Assembly (NCBI GenBank): GCA_964106645.2
Contig: OZ067043.1
Source: Podarcis pityusensis
Lineage: Eukaryota
Reading direction: 5' to 3' (one strand)
DNA: 64,000 nt
Below are positions 63,859-64,000 of the stretch, piece by piece; position 1 is the first letter of the stretch; each line of letters begins with the position of its first letter. Under the pieces are notes generated by a model, which worked only from the letters and a program-made list of their open reading frames with translations, was not told the origin of the DNA and made no database searches. A program made the translations under genes and the position numbers.

Positions 63859-64000
63859 CAGTGGTACCTCAGGTTACATACGCTTCAGGTTACAGACTCC
63901 GCTAACCCAGAAATAGCGCTTCAGGTTAAAAACTTTACTTCAGGATTAGAACAGAAATTGTGCTGGTGCAGCGGCAGCAGGAGGCCCCATTAGCTAAAGT
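63859..64000. mobile_element. Tc1/mariner-type MITE (cut by window end)
   Basis: TA-CAGTGGTACCTCAGGTTACATACGC, same family. Confidence 0.9.

Noticed and set aside
1-64000. Short ORFs of the six-frame track as host genes
   Set aside because: All are 163 aa or shorter, many start at TTG/GTG, and none shows recognisable host domains or splice support. The recognisable ones are LINE remnants.

Overview
AT-rich, CpG-depleted vertebrate DNA with a squamate repeat landscape. Sauria/POM-type SINEs suggest a lizard, probably a lacertid (inference). No complete host coding exon is recognisable, and the ORF track is mostly noise plus LINE remnants. The single clear CpG island (~48045-48600) ends in a strong minus-strand splice donor (TTG|GTGAGT, exon end 47930). 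This suggests the promoter and first exon of an unidentified large gene running right to left, so 1-47929 would be mostly intron and 48600-64000 upstream sequence. The rest is SINEs, RTE/CR1/L2 LINE fragments, Tc1/mariner- and hAT-type MITEs, at least four solo LTRs with TSDs, microsatellites and several enhancer-like blocks. The most striking unexplained structure is a ~1 kb inverted segmental duplication (~29840-30870 vs ~50900-52215) that brackets the promoter/first exon. Its core is near-identical, its flanks are decayed, and it carries three arm-specific transposon insertions. All alignments were done by eye, so boundaries without a TSD are approximate.
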